A stretch of DNA of 64,000 nucleotides, from assembly GCA_905206805.1 (NCBI GenBank), contig CAJLIR010000001.1, positions 3,198 through 67,197 on the forward strand, in the 5' to 3' direction. The stretch comes from an uncultured Bacillales bacterium. GTDB taxonomy: Bacteria > Bacillota_I > Bacilli_A > RF39 > UBA660. A model generated the notes under the pieces. The model was not told where the DNA came from. It made no database searches and worked only from the letters and a program-made list of their open reading frames with translations. Position numbers and translations under genes: made by a program. This document shows, in pieces, positions 1 through 10,593 of this stretch (the stretch's first letter is position 1; each line of letters begins with the position of its first letter).

Positions 1-426
1 TCGTCAAACATTCTTTTTGATGCGATAACACCATCTGTATCTTTATATTTATCTTCTTCATATACAATTTCTTTTATTCCTGATTGAATAATTGCTTTTG
101 CACATTCATTGCAAGGAAATAGACTAACATATAGTTTAGAACCATATAAACTCTTTTTTTCACCTGGAAAATTTAAAATAGCGTTTAATTCAGCATGACA
201 AACATACAAATATTTAGTTTCTAGTGGATTGCCAACTCTATCCCAAGGAAAATCGTCATCATTAAAGCCATTAGGGGTTCCATTATATCCAATTGATAAA
301 ATATGATTAGTATTATCAACTATACAAGCACCTACTTGAGTATTAGGATCTTTACTTCTCATTGCTGATAATTTAGCAACATTCATAAAATATTCGTCCC
401 AAGTTAAATAATTTTCTCTCTTCATA
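1..426 (-). CDS. comEB: Deoxycytidylate (dCMP) deaminase, ComEB-like. The C-terminus runs off the window start (partial).
   Basis: The reverse-strand translation reads MKRENYLTWDEYFMNVAKLSAMRSKDPNTQVGACIV...HAELNAILN...LYVSLFPCNECAKAIIQSGIKEIVYEED. It carries the zinc-binding HAE and PCxxC motifs of the CMP/dCMP deaminase family. A GAGGTG RBS lies upstream of the ATG at 426. Confidence 0.8.
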
Positions 427-504
427 AAACACCTCAAAAAAATTATAACACATTTTTTTGATAATTTTTAATTTATTTGATATTATAATAATGAGGGTGA
501 TAAT

Positions 505-1719
505 ATGTTAGAATTGGAAAATAAGTATATTGATTTATTATTAAAAAGATGTTTAAATTTAAAAAAGAGTACATCTTTATTTATAAGTTATGATAAAACT
601 TGTGGTGATTTTGTAAAAAAATTAGTTTTAAGAGCTAAAGAATTAGGTTATAGTGATATATATGAAGATTGTAGTGATATTTTTTATCTTAAAAATAAAT
701 TGATGAATTCAAGTTTATATGAAATAGAAAATGATCCATATTATGATAAAAGTATTTGGGATAAATATGCAGAGAAAAAAGCAAACTTTTTAATGCTTGA
801 AACAGAATTTCCAGGAGTAATGGATGGAGTTGATTCAAAAAAATTAGGGTTAGCAAAATCGGTAAATAGAAAAACTAGACCATTATTTAGACATTTAGAA
901 ACAACTTATCAAATTCCTTGGTGTATTGCTGCTATACCAAATAAAATATGGGCAGATAAGATGTTTCCAAATAGTGAAGACTCATATAAAGAATTATTCT
1001 TGGTTATTTGTAAAATGTGTATGGTTGATAGAGATGATCCTATTAAAAGTTGGAATGACTTTATGTTAAAATCAAAAGGTGATATTGATTGGTTAAATTC
1101 TTTAGAAATTAAGAGTTTACATTATACAAATGAATTAGGAACTGATTTAAAAATAGAAATGCCAAAAGAATATTCTTGGTCAGGACTTACAGATGATTTA
1201 AAAAATAAAATGATAGTTAATATGCCAAGCTATGAAATTTTTGCATCACCAAATTATAAAAAAACAGAAGGAATTGTAGTATCTTCTAAACCACTTTATT
1301 ATGGTGGTGGACTAATCGAAAATTTCTATCTTAAATTTAAGGATGGTAAAGTAATTGATTTTAATGCAGAAAAAGGTCGTGAACTTTTAAAAAGTATTAT
1401 TGAAAGTGATGATAATTCTTATTATTTAGGAGAAGTAGCATTAGTAAACTTTGATTCACCAATTTCAAATACTGGTTTAGTATTCGGTACAACATTATTT
1501 GATGAAAATGCATCTTGTCATTTAGCGCTTGGTGATGGTTTTCCAACTACAATACCAAATGGTGCAAGTTTAAGTCGTGAAGAATTATTAGAACTTGGTA
1601 TAAATTCATCTTCTAATCATGTTGATTTTATGATAGGTACAAGTGATTTAAAAATAGAAGCAGAAACTAAAAATGGTAAACAATTAATATTTAAAAACGG
1701 TAATTTTATAAGTCATTAG
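505..1719 (+). CDS. ampS: Aminopeptidase of the M29 family (AmpS/PepS-like).
   Basis: The 404-aa ORF has the overall composition and length typical of thermophilic-type M29 aminopeptidases. An RBS GAGGGTGA precedes the start. Confidence 0.7.
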   Translation: MLELENKYIDLLLKRCLNLKKSTSLFISYDKTCGDFVKKLVLRAKELGYSDIYEDCSDIFYLKNKLMNSSLYEIENDPYYDKSIWDKYAEKKANFLMLETEFPGVMDGVDSKKLGLAKSVNRKTRPLFRHLETTYQIPWCIAAIPNKIWADKMFPNSEDSYKELFLVICKMCMVDRDDPIKSWNDFMLKSKGDIDWLNSLEIKSLHYTNELGTDLKIEMPKEYSWSGLTDDLKNKMIVNMPSYEIFASPNYKKTEGIVVSSKPLYYGGGLIENFYLKFKDGKVIDFNAEKGRELLKSIIESDDNSYYLGEVALVNFDSPISNTGLVFGTTLFDENASCHLALGDGFPTTIPNGASLSREELLELGINSSSNHVDFMIGTSDLKIEAETKNGKQLIFKNGNFISH

Positions 1720-1742
1720 AAATCTATATTTTATAGATTTTT
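1720..1742 (+). terminator. Rho-independent terminator after the aminopeptidase gene.
   Basis: Hairpin AAATCTATA-ttt-TATAGATTT followed by a T-run, immediately after the stop codon. Confidence 0.6.
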
Positions 1743-2131
1743 GAGAATGTTGAAAAATAATTTTGTTAATATTTGTGTTTCGGCAAAAATAAAAAGCTGA
1801 CACAAAAAAATCCGGGATTATGAAAAAAATTTCTGATTTTTTTATTTTAAAGGTATAAGCATTCCAATTTCTAATATTGCTAGAATTTTAGATGAAGATA
1901 TAAAACTAAATTGTACATTGATAGATTATGTAATAATTTGTTTAATTTATATCATGATTAAAAAATAATTTGGAATAATTATCTTAATGAAGCTAGTAAA
2001 AATATTGTAAAAAAACAAAACTCAAATTTGATTTAGTTTGTAAATATCGTTTTAATATGTTATACTACCTTATGGTAGAGGAAGGTTAGATTATGGTTTT
2101 AGTAAGATTTGTTGAAAGTTTTATATTATAA

Positions 2132-3343
2132 ATGAAAAGATTATTAAAAATTAGTTTAGATTTAGCTTGCCTTTCTTTTATACCAATAATCTCATGGTTT
2201 TTATTAAGTATTATAATTGATAAAAACTTAATAAATATTTTTACACTTACATATCCAATACAATTTATTAGTTATATTCTAAGATCAGTATTTTCAACTG
2301 GAGCAAATATAAGCAAAGAAAAAGATAAAAATGAAAATGCGGTTATGTCAGGTATTTTTGTAGGAGTAATAGTTTCTATAATTATATTTTGTTTTATATT
2401 GGTTAATATAGAATTTTATATTAGCTTTATGAGTATGGATATAAAAATTTATAAATTATTTACAATTTATTCAGTAATAGAAATATTCCTACAAACTATT
2501 TTAATGTTTATACTGGATAAATTATATTATGAAGAAGAAAATGCTTTAGCAAATAAATATTCTTTTATATTTAATTGCATATCACTATTTATATTAGTTT
2601 TTATATCATTAATTACAAAAAATCAACTCTTAATAATTATTGTAACTCTATTTTTTTTAAGTGTTTTTGTAGGTTTTGTATTTTTTAAAACATTTAAGAA
2701 TCATAAATTTAAATTTAGTCTTAATATTTTAAATTGTATAAAATATAATTCTGTAGAATTATCTAGCAATATATTCTTATTAATTGTTTATTTACTTGGT
2801 TTTAGTAATACATTCGAATTTGGCCAAAAATATGTAGCAGCACTAACATTTGCAACATTAATAACAGATACACAGTTGGATACCTTTAATGCTATAACTA
2901 TAGTTGCACAAATAGATATAAGCAAAGGCAATTTTAATTATAAGGAACATAGAAAAAATGCATATAAATTGGTTGCAATATTATTAAGTTCTATTTTTTT
3001 ATTGTTTATAACACTATGTTGGTTTTATAAAATAAATTATTTTTTAACTATATTATATTTATTATTTGATGTCATAGTTTTCTTAATATCACCATTATAC
3101 GACTTAAAGATATCTTATTTACAAATTGAATGGTCGGCAGTGAAAACTACTATTAATGAGTTAATGTCATCCATTGTAAGATCAGCTTTTTCGTTTGTTA
3201 AATTTCCATTTTGTACATCAATTGGTATGCTTTTATCATCTGTATATTCTTTTATTACAATAAATGGTTTGTTTTATAAATATTATAAAATTAGTAATAA
3301 TGGTTTTATTGAGAAAAAGTTAAGTGAAAGGACGAATACTTGA
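2132..3343 (+). CDS. Polytopic integral membrane protein of unknown function (possibly a flippase or polysaccharide-export type).
   Basis: The 403-aa ORF has at least 10 hydrophobic segments and no catalytic motif I can recognise. A short uORF and a hairpin lie upstream. Confidence 0.4.
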   Translation: MKRLLKISLDLACLSFIPIISWFLLSIIIDKNLINIFTLTYPIQFISYILRSVFSTGANISKEKDKNENAVMSGIFVGVIVSIIIFCFILVNIEFYISFMSMDIKIYKLFTIYSVIEIFLQTILMFILDKLYYEEENALANKYSFIFNCISLFILVFISLITKNQLLIIIVTLFFLSVFVGFVFFKTFKNHKFKFSLNILNCIKYNSVELSSNIFLLIVYLLGFSNTFEFGQKYVAALTFATLITDTQLDTFNAITIVAQIDISKGNFNYKEHRKNAYKLVAILLSSIFLLFITLCWFYKINYFLTILYLLFDVIVFLISPLYDLKISYLQIEWSAVKTTINELMSSIVRSAFSFVKFPFCTSIGMLLSSVYSFITINGLFYKYYKISNNGFIEKKLSERTNT

Positions 3344-3896
3344 AATTTAAGAGAAAATTTATAATTTAAGTATTAATTAGTTTTAAATATCTCCAAATAT
3401 ATTAATAAATATACATAAATAGGCAATTATTAAGCTTTTAATTATTTTGCTATGTTTTTTTTGATACCATAGTCATATGAAAAAACTTTTTTATTTTTTG
3501 TTCAATACATTTTATCAAGTCTTTCTTTTTGTATTTTTATCTACAAACTATTTTATACTTTACAATTTTACAAATAGCATATATGCTTGTAGATTATGAT
3601 GTGTTATAGCAATCCTGCTTGTGAAAATATTTATCATGTTTGCCCTGTAATAACAATAAAGAAATAATAAATTTTATAAATATTAAATATGGTAAATTAC
3701 ATAATTTATTTTTATAGATTATGTTTTTTAGTATAAATTTATATTTGTAATTTTGATTATGTTAAATTATATAATTATTTATACTTAATTGACATATTTT
3801 ACCTAAATGATATAATTATTCTTGTAAAAAAAGGAAATAAATTATTTTTTATATATAATTATAATTAGAAATAATAAAATTAATAGGAGGAATATT

Positions 3897-6206
3897 ATGT
3901 TGCAAATAAAAAATGTAAAAAAAAGTTATATAACTGGTACATTTATACAACATGCATTAAAAGGTGTGAGTCTAGATTTTCGTAAAAATGAATTTGTAGC
4001 TATTTTAGGACCAAGTGGTAGTGGAAAAACGACTCTTTTAAATATTATTGGTGGACTTGATCGCTACGATGAGGGTGATTTAGTTATAAATAATAAGTCA
4101 ACCAAAAAATTTAAAGATACTGAATGGGATGCTTATAGAAATAATTGTATAGGATTTATTTTTCAAAGTTATAATTTAATTTCACATATTACGGTATTAG
4201 AAAATGTTGAAATGGGCATGACTTTAAGTGGAGTTAGTGCCAAAAAAAGAAGAAAAAAAGCACTCGAGGTACTTGATAGAGTAGGTTTAAAGGAACATGC
4301 TCATAAAAAGCCAAATCAATTATCCGGAGGTCAAATGCAAAGGGTTGCGATTGCCCGTGCTCTTGCAAATGATCCAGATATTATATTAGCAGATGAGCCA
4401 ACTGGAGCACTTGATTCTAAAACAAGTGTTCAGATTATGGAATTGATTTCAGAAATTGCTAAAGATAAATTAGTTATTATGGTTACTCATAATCCAGAGT
4501 TAGCTAAAAATTATGCAACAAGAATAATTGAACTTAAAGATGGTGAACTTATAAGCGATTCTAATCCAATTAAGGAAGAAGAAAAAAATAATAAAAAATT
4601 CAATATTAAAAAAACAGCAATGAATTTTAGAACTGCACTAAATTTATCTTTTAATAATATAAAAACAAAGAAAGGAAGAACTTTATTAACTGCTTTTGCA
4701 TCTAGTATAGGTATAATTGGAATTGCGTTAATTTTAGCTTTATCGAATGGATTTGATATTCAAATAGACAAATTTGAAAGAAATACCTTATCGTCATTGC
4801 CAATTATTATTTCTGAGCAATCTATGGAATTAACTGAAGAAAAGATGGCTGAAATAAATAATGATACAACTAGTGATTTAGAATCTTATTCGAGTGAAGA
4901 ATATATATACCCTACAAAACCTGCAACAGAAACATTTATGCATACCAATTTATTTGATAAAGATTATATTGATTATATAGAAAAGATAGATAATGATTTA
5001 ATATCAGGAATATCATATACAAGAGCTACAGCTTTAAATGTTATTGGTAATGTAAATGGAACATATATGCAAGTGCCAACAAGTATGGGAGTATTTGTAT
5101 CTATTCCAAGAAAATTAGATGAATCTTCTACTAATGGTGTTATAGAAGATAATTATGATATATTAGCTGGAAGAATACCAGAAAATAAAAATGAAATTAT
5201 TTTGGTAGTTGATAGTAAAAATAGAATTTCAACGGATATTTTATCTTATTTTAATTTAGATGCTAGTGAAGAAAAAATAAAATTTGATGATATTTTAAAT
5301 AAAGAATTAAAATTAGTTTTAAATAATGACTACTATAAACAAGTTGGTGATTTTTATACTTTAAATACTAATTATGAAGAATTATATAATAGTGAAAATT
5401 CTGAAACACTAAAAATTGTTGGTATTGGTCGTGGACGTGAAGGAAATATGTTGGTTGCGTCTGGATATGGCTTAGGTTATACTGAAGATTTAGTTAATTA
5501 TGTTATTGAAAAAAACAAAAATTCTGATATTGTAAAAAAACAAAGCGATGTAGATTATAATGTTTTAACTGGCAGCAAATTTGCGGGCGATGATGCTGAA
5601 AGTGAAAAAAACAATATGTTATCTTACCTAGGAGCTGATATAATCCCACTTGCAATTAGTATCTATCCTAAAGATTTTGATTCGAAAGATGAAATAATTT
5701 CTTATCTTGATAAATATAATGAATCTAAAAGTGATGAAGAAAAAATAATATATACTGATATGGGACAAATGATTTCTTCACTATCTGGTAGTATTATGTC
5801 AGCAATTACAGTTGTTTTAATCGCATTTTCTTCTATATCACTAATAGTTTCATCTATTATGATTGGAATAATTACTTATATTTCAGTGTTAGAGCGAACT
5901 AAAGAAATTGGTGTTTTGAGGGCTTTAGGTGCTAGAAAGAAAGACATAAGAAGAGTATTTAATGCAGAAACATTTATAATCGGAATTTGCTCTGGAACAC
6001 TTGGAATTATAATAGCAAGAATCCTAGTAATACCTGCAAATATAATTATAAAAAATTTAACTGATTTAAAAGATGTTGCTCAATTAAATCCGGTTCATGC
6101 AATTTTACTTATTGTAATAAGTGTGTTATTAACGGTTATTGGTGGTGCAATTCCAGCAAGAGTTGCAAGTCGTAAAGATCCAGTTGAATCTTTAAGAAGT
6201 GAATAA
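3897..6206 (+). CDS. Fused ABC transporter: ATP-binding domain plus FtsX-type permease domain (MacB-like).
   Basis: Walker A GPSGSGKTT, ABC signature LSGGQMQR and Walker B ILADEPTGALD are present. The C-terminal half has several TM helices with an FtsX-like extracellular-domain arrangement. RBS AGGAGG precedes the start. Confidence 0.85.
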   Translation: MLQIKNVKKSYITGTFIQHALKGVSLDFRKNEFVAILGPSGSGKTTLLNIIGGLDRYDEGDLVINNKSTKKFKDTEWDAYRNNCIGFIFQSYNLISHITVLENVEMGMTLSGVSAKKRRKKALEVLDRVGLKEHAHKKPNQLSGGQMQRVAIARALANDPDIILADEPTGALDSKTSVQIMELISEIAKDKLVIMVTHNPELAKNYATRIIELKDGELISDSNPIKEEEKNNKKFNIKKTAMNFRTALNLSFNNIKTKKGRTLLTAFASSIGIIGIALILALSNGFDIQIDKFERNTLSSLPIIISEQSMELTEEKMAEINNDTTSDLESYSSEEYIYPTKPATETFMHTNLFDKDYIDYIEKIDNDLISGISYTRATALNVIGNVNGTYMQVPTSMGVFVSIPRKLDESSTNGVIEDNYDILAGRIPENKNEIILVVDSKNRISTDILSYFNLDASEEKIKFDDILNKELKLVLNNDYYKQVGDFYTLNTNYEELYNSENSETLKIVGIGRGREGNMLVASGYGLGYTEDLVNYVIEKNKNSDIVKKQSDVDYNVLTGSKFAGDDAESEKNNMLSYLGADIIPLAISIYPKDFDSKDEIISYLDKYNESKSDEEKIIYTDMGQMISSLSGSIMSAITVVLIAFSSISLIVSSIMIGIITYISVLERTKEIGVLRALGARKKDIRRVFNAETFIIGICSGTLGIIIARILVIPANIIIKNLTDLKDVAQLNPVHAILLIVISVLLTVIGGAIPARVASRKDPVESLRSE

Positions 6207-6228
6207 AGAGAATTTTTCTCTTTTTTTG
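6206..6228 (+). terminator. Rho-independent terminator after the ABC transporter gene.
   Basis: AAAGAGAA-ttt-TTCTCTTT followed by TTTT. Confidence 0.7.
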
Positions 6229-6295
6229 ATGTAAAAAAATTATTCACTATTTATAAAATGTGATATAATGTATTAGTACGAGGTGTCTCTAGTTA

Positions 6296-6805
6296 ATGAA
6301 AAATGTTGTTTTTGATAATAAATATATGAATTTAATATATGATATATATAATAATGAAGAATTTGTTAAAATTAAGAAAATTGAACATCACGGTATAACT
6401 CGATTTGAGCATTCCGTTCGTGTTTCCTATTATTCATACAAAATAGCAAGATTTTTAAGACTTGACTATAAAAGTGTTGCAAGAGCAGGATTACTTCATG
6501 ATTTCTTTTTTAGTAGTGAAAATAGAACAAAAGGAGAGAGATTTATATCAGTTTTTAAGCATCCTAAGGTTTGTGTTTTGAATTCTTTATTAAACTTTAA
6601 TCTTTCTACAAAAGAAATTGATATAATTGGTAGTCATATGTTTCCAATAAATTTTAAAATTCCTAAATATGCTGAAAGTTGGCTTGTTAGTTTTGTTGAT
6701 AAATGTGCTGCTATTTATGAATTTTCTAAGAAATTGTCTTTTAAGTTTAAGTTCAAATATGCTACTAACATATATTTGTTGTTTTTGATAAATTTTATTA
6801 AATAA
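6296..6805 (+). CDS. HD-domain phosphohydrolase-like protein.
   Basis: Contains H..H and LLHD motifs (EHHGITRFEHSVRV...AGLLHDFF). An extended -10 element TGTGATATAAT lies upstream. Confidence 0.55.
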   Translation: MKNVVFDNKYMNLIYDIYNNEEFVKIKKIEHHGITRFEHSVRVSYYSYKIARFLRLDYKSVARAGLLHDFFFSSENRTKGERFISVFKHPKVCVLNSLLNFNLSTKEIDIIGSHMFPINFKIPKYAESWLVSFVDKCAAIYEFSKKLSFKFKFKYATNIYLLFLINFIK

Positions 6806-6816
6806 ATTTATCTTAT

Positions 6817-6893
6817 GTCCTCGTAGCTCAGTAGGATAGAGCGAGTGCCTCCTAAGCACTAGGCCGTTGGTTCGATTCCAATCGGGGACGCCA
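6817..6893 (+). tRNA. tRNA-Arg with anticodon CCT.
   Basis: Cloverleaf read by eye. Acceptor GTCCTCG/CGGGGAC, D-arm GCTC/GAGC, anticodon stem AGTGC/GCACT with loop CTCCTAA (anticodon CCT), T-arm GTTGG-TTCGATT-CCAAT, and an encoded CCA. Confidence 0.85.
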
Positions 6894-7218
6894 TGTTGAT
6901 ATAAAAGGCTTGTCAAAAGTTTTTTAATTATTAGTACTTAATCTATGAGATTGAGTGCTATTTTTCTTATATGGGTTACTTTTTATCAATTCAAGCGATT
7001 GAACTCTTTGTATCTCATATTTTTTCATCACGCCTGTTATATAGTACCAAACCCTTATATTCAAAAATTAGAACAATAAAAATGAGTTAGGTGGAAATGA
7101 ATATAATAACTCCTGATATAATTTGCCTAAATTGAATGACAAATGTTAAAAGTTTCAACTTTTTCAATTTACTTACCTACATTATACGTGATAAAATAAG
7201 AAATTAGTTGGTGATAAT

Positions 7219-8121
7219 ATGTATAAAAGCAATGTGAATTTTAACTCATACAAAATTTTTTACGAAGTAGCAACAAGTGAAAGTATATCTGATGCTTCTA
7301 AAAAATTATTTATAACACAGTCTGCAGTAAGTAAAGCTATAAAAAAACTTGAAGAAGATTTAAATACTAACTTATTTTATAGAAATAGAAATGGTGTTAA
7401 ATTAACTGATAAAGGCATACAACTTCTTTTTTATGTTAAAGAAGCATTTAATAATTTAATTACTGCAGAAAGGGCAATTATTGAAAGTAAATCTTTGAAT
7501 CAAGGAAAAATTTCTATAGGTGTACCATCACAAATAGGATCTTTCTTTATTTTTGAAAATATTACACAATTTCATAAAAAGTTTCCAAATATAGAAATTA
7601 CAATTATTAGTAAAACCACTACTCAGTTATTAAAATTATTAGAACAACACGAACTTGATTTCATAATAGATACATCTCCAATTAATACAAATATAGATAA
7701 TGTTGTAATTAAACCATTAAAGAAAGTTGAAAGTTGTTTTGCCGTAAAAAAGGATACTGAATTTAATATTAAGGATATTAAAAATATTAATGATTTGAAA
7801 AAATTTCCTTTAGTATTACCAGTAAAAGGTGCATATAATAGACGACAACTCGATAAATTTTTTGAGAAAAACAATTTTGAACCTAATAATGTTATTAATA
7901 TTCATACTAGTGAAATGATAGTTGGCGCAATAAAAAAGGATTTAGGTATTGGCTACATAATTTATGATGTAATTAAAGATAATGTAGAAAATGGTGAGTT
8001 TCAAATTATAAAATTTATAGAAGATTTACCGAAAACAGAAATAAATTTAGTTTATATAGAAAAATATTTAACTATTGCTCCTAAATATTTTATAGAAGAA
8101 TATTTAAAAATTCATATATAA
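7219..8121 (+). CDS. LysR-family transcriptional regulator.
   Basis: N-terminal helix-turn-helix (SISDASKKLFITQSAVSKAIKKLEEDL) followed by a LysR substrate-binding-type C-terminal domain. Length is 300 aa. Confidence 0.85.
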   Translation: MYKSNVNFNSYKIFYEVATSESISDASKKLFITQSAVSKAIKKLEEDLNTNLFYRNRNGVKLTDKGIQLLFYVKEAFNNLITAERAIIESKSLNQGKISIGVPSQIGSFFIFENITQFHKKFPNIEITIISKTTTQLLKLLEQHELDFIIDTSPINTNIDNVVIKPLKKVESCFAVKKDTEFNIKDIKNINDLKKFPLVLPVKGAYNRRQLDKFFEKNNFEPNNVINIHTSEMIVGAIKKDLGIGYIIYDVIKDNVENGEFQIIKFIEDLPKTEINLVYIEKYLTIAPKYFIEEYLKIHI

Positions 8122-8202
8122 TTTTATATGAATTTTTTTCATGATAACTATGAATATTATAGAGGATTTTATATTATGTTGTGATGTTATAATTAATTTG
8201 AG

Positions 8203-9342
8203 GTGTTAAACATGGAAAGAAATAAAACAACAAATATTGCGTTATTTGCAAAATCATTTTATTTGCTAGGAGATAGCTTAAATTTTTGTTATGATTGCAA
8301 ATACTGTAGATTGAATTATGAAAAATGTACCGAAAAACATTATAATATATTGCCAAGTGAAATAAACCCAATTTTTACAAATATACCGATTGCGATAAAT
8401 TTATTTTATGGTGATCCTTTATTACAAATTGAGAATACAATAAATTATTTGGAAATGTTAGAAAAAGTTAAACATAAAGGACCTGTTATAATTATAACAA
8501 AGGGTGATTTTAAAAAATTTCCAGATATAAAATTTGATCTAGATTTGCATGTAGCTTTTTCTACATTTGGAATAGATTCAGAACTTGATGGTAATACCAT
8601 GGAAAGATTTATAAATAATTTAAAAGAAACAAAAAATAGAAAAAATAATTATAAATACTCAATAGAATTTAGACCAATTATCTATAATATTAATGATTCT
8701 TATGAAGTATTTGATAGGATATTAAGTCTTGCAAGTGAATATGATTTAGCAATAGGTTATTCAGGATTACAGGGCAAACCTGAAAGTGTTAAAATTTGGG
8801 AAAGAGATAAAATTGAATTGAGTCCATACCCTGGATTTCAGTTTGGTCATAAAAAAATCATCGACGAAAAAGTTATAAATTTGTTTGAAAAAATGGCACA
8901 ACAGAAAAATGTACCAATATTTAGAAAAACTTCTTGCTTATTTTCTTATGTTCATAATTTAGAAAGAGACTATAATGCTCATTATTATAGACCTAATGAA
9001 ATGGGTTGTCATAATTGTGTAATGAATAATAAATGTCAAAATTTTAAGAATAGTTTGTCACAAAATGTTAATTTATCAAATATAATTCCTTTTCAATATG
9101 AAATTATTAATAAGAAAAAACATGAATGCATTTTAAAAAAATCTGGTGTCTGCAATTTTCCAACTGATGATTGTAGTAATATAAATGGAAATCTTATTCA
9201 TATCCCAGAAATTATTAGTATTTCAGATGTAAGATTAATTAAGTGGTTAACAGGTTATACAGTTGATGCAAATTTTTTTGAATCTTATGAAATGAGTGAA
9301 AAATGGGTAACAAATAAATCTTTGATTTTAAAAAGAAAATAA
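8203..9342 (+). CDS. Cys-rich hypothetical protein, radical-SAM-like, with a non-canonical CxxCxxC motif.
   Basis: CYDCKYC lies at residues about 29-35. A GDPLL motif follows about 40 residues later, in the position of the radical-SAM GGEPLL glycine-rich motif. Extra C-terminal Cys clusters are present (CHNCVMNNKC and CILKKSGVCNFPTDDC). No confident family assignment is possible. Confidence 0.35.
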   Translation: MLNMERNKTTNIALFAKSFYLLGDSLNFCYDCKYCRLNYEKCTEKHYNILPSEINPIFTNIPIAINLFYGDPLLQIENTINYLEMLEKVKHKGPVIIITKGDFKKFPDIKFDLDLHVAFSTFGIDSELDGNTMERFINNLKETKNRKNNYKYSIEFRPIIYNINDSYEVFDRILSLASEYDLAIGYSGLQGKPESVKIWERDKIELSPYPGFQFGHKKIIDEKVINLFEKMAQQKNVPIFRKTSCLFSYVHNLERDYNAHYYRPNEMGCHNCVMNNKCQNFKNSLSQNVNLSNIIPFQYEIINKKKHECILKKSGVCNFPTDDCSNINGNLIHIPEIISISDVRLIKWLTGYTVDANFFESYEMSEKWVTNKSLILKRK

Positions 9343-9417
9343 ATATAAATCTATTTACTTTGATAAATATAATTTTATATAATAATATAAGATGTATTTT
9401 TTTTGGGGAGAATTTAT

Positions 9418-9684
9418 ATGAAAAATCGAATTATAATTGTGGAAGGATTACCATCTACTGGTAAGAGTACAACTACTAAATATATAGCTGAAAATCTAAA
9501 TATAAAATTTGTTGATGAAAGTGATGAAAATCATCCTGCTGATTATGTATATAGGGATTTTATTAACAATAAAATATTAAAAAAATTAGGAATAAATTAT
9601 ATTGTTATAGAAAGTGATCATAAGAACTTTAATAAATCGTATAAAAAAATAATGAGTTGTATTGAAAATTATAGTAGAAAATGA
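9418..9684 (+). CDS. Small P-loop NTPase, nucleotide-kinase-like fragment.
   Basis: Walker A motif GLPSTGKST. Only 88 aa, and it ends 12 nt before the next ORF, so a split gene is possible. Confidence 0.4.
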   Translation: MKNRIIIVEGLPSTGKSTTTKYIAENLNIKFVDESDENHPADYVYRDFINNKILKKLGINYIVIESDHKNFNKSYKKIMSCIENYSRK

Positions 9685-9695
9685 GGTAACAATAT

Positions 9696-10544
9696 ATGAT
9701 AAAAGATAAATATGAATTGCTTTTAAAACTTATATTAAAAATAGAAGCTGCTTATCAATTATTTTTCTATGATGAATTTAATGATTATTATTTATGTTTA
9801 GACGAAATTATGATTTTACTTGATGAATTAAAATTAAATAATAACGATCTTTGTTATTTAAAAAATATTAATCATCAAATATTTATTGATAGAAAATATT
9901 TTAATAATAAATTTGAAAATAATAAACATAGGTTATTTATAGAAAAAAATATAAATAATTGTAATGAAAAGAAATTAAACTTTGATTTTGATTTGATAAA
10001 AAAATACATAACAAATAATTATTATATATTTAACTTTTTAGATAATCCTAGTGAAAATGAAATTGAAGAACTTGCAATTTTAAATCCGAATGTCTTGTAT
10101 TTAGTCTTAAAAATAAATAACAAAATGTTATTAAATGTTTTAAAGAAAAACTATAAGGCCTCAGCGATACTTGATGGATATATTGTTTTAGATTGTAATG
10201 ATACTTGTGGTGATCAATTTTATGTTGATGATTATGCCTATAAAGATTCATATATTACAAAAAATAAAACAAAGTTTTTAAAAAACAAAAATATATATAA
10301 CTTGTATATAAACTGTCTTAAAAAATATTTATCAGATAATGTTTTAATTTACATACATTTATCTTCTTATGCTAGAAATAGTATAGAACTTGCTAGGTAT
10401 GTACTAAGTATTAATCCAAAACTATTAGTTTATACAGGTGATGATATAAAAAATAATAAAGAAATAATGAAAGATATGATTAAAATTGATAAAAATAATA
10501 CTTATTATTTAGGTAAAAAATTAAAAAATTTAAAAGAAATTTGA
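9696..10544 (+). CDS. Hypothetical protein.
   Basis: A 282-aa ORF with no recognisable motifs. It may be the C-terminal part of a gene split from 9418..9684. Confidence 0.35.
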   Translation: MIKDKYELLLKLILKIEAAYQLFFYDEFNDYYLCLDEIMILLDELKLNNNDLCYLKNINHQIFIDRKYFNNKFENNKHRLFIEKNINNCNEKKLNFDFDLIKKYITNNYYIFNFLDNPSENEIEELAILNPNVLYLVLKINNKMLLNVLKKNYKASAILDGYIVLDCNDTCGDQFYVDDYAYKDSYITKNKTKFLKNKNIYNLYINCLKKYLSDNVLIYIHLSSYARNSIELARYVLSINPKLLVYTGDDIKNNKEIMKDMIKIDKNNTYYLGKKLKNLKEI

Positions 10545-10593
10545 TTAATTATTAAAAATATGTTATTTTATAATCAATTAAAGAGGTGTATTT

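Noticed and set aside
6590-6916. 108-aa minus-strand ORF from the track.
   Set aside because: It lies antisense across the tRNA-Arg gene and the 3' end of the HD-domain gene, has no RBS, and has a composition driven by the tRNA sequence. It is spurious.
6894-7218. Integrase remnant or att direct repeat downstream of tRNA-Arg.
   Set aside because: Only tiny ORFs are present, and no copy of the tRNA 3' end was seen by eye further downstream. The island hypothesis stays as inference only.
7623-7874. Short ORFs antisense to or embedded in confidently assigned genes. Examples are 7623..7874, 10048..10251, 11022..11219, 11915..12127, 12749..13048, 18227..18445, 20126..20308, 22641..22832, 22888..23073, 24081..24266, 29759..30148, 31233..31418, 32414..32608, 32769..32963, 35405..35605, 39774..39956, 40491..40823, 41346..41552, 42399..42623, 44297..44512, 45039..45236, 49966..50247, 51086..51301, 52604..52786, 54923..55129, 56946..57221, 57121..57408, 58617..58799, 59737..59934 and 60996..61316.
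   Set aside because: They overlap well-supported genes on the opposite strand or in another frame. They lack an RBS and have the low-complexity composition expected of random frames in AT-rich DNA.
8174-8371. 65-aa minus ORF overlapping the start of the Cys-rich protein gene.
   Set aside because: It has no RBS and lies antisense to a plus-strand ORF that does have an RBS. Likely spurious.
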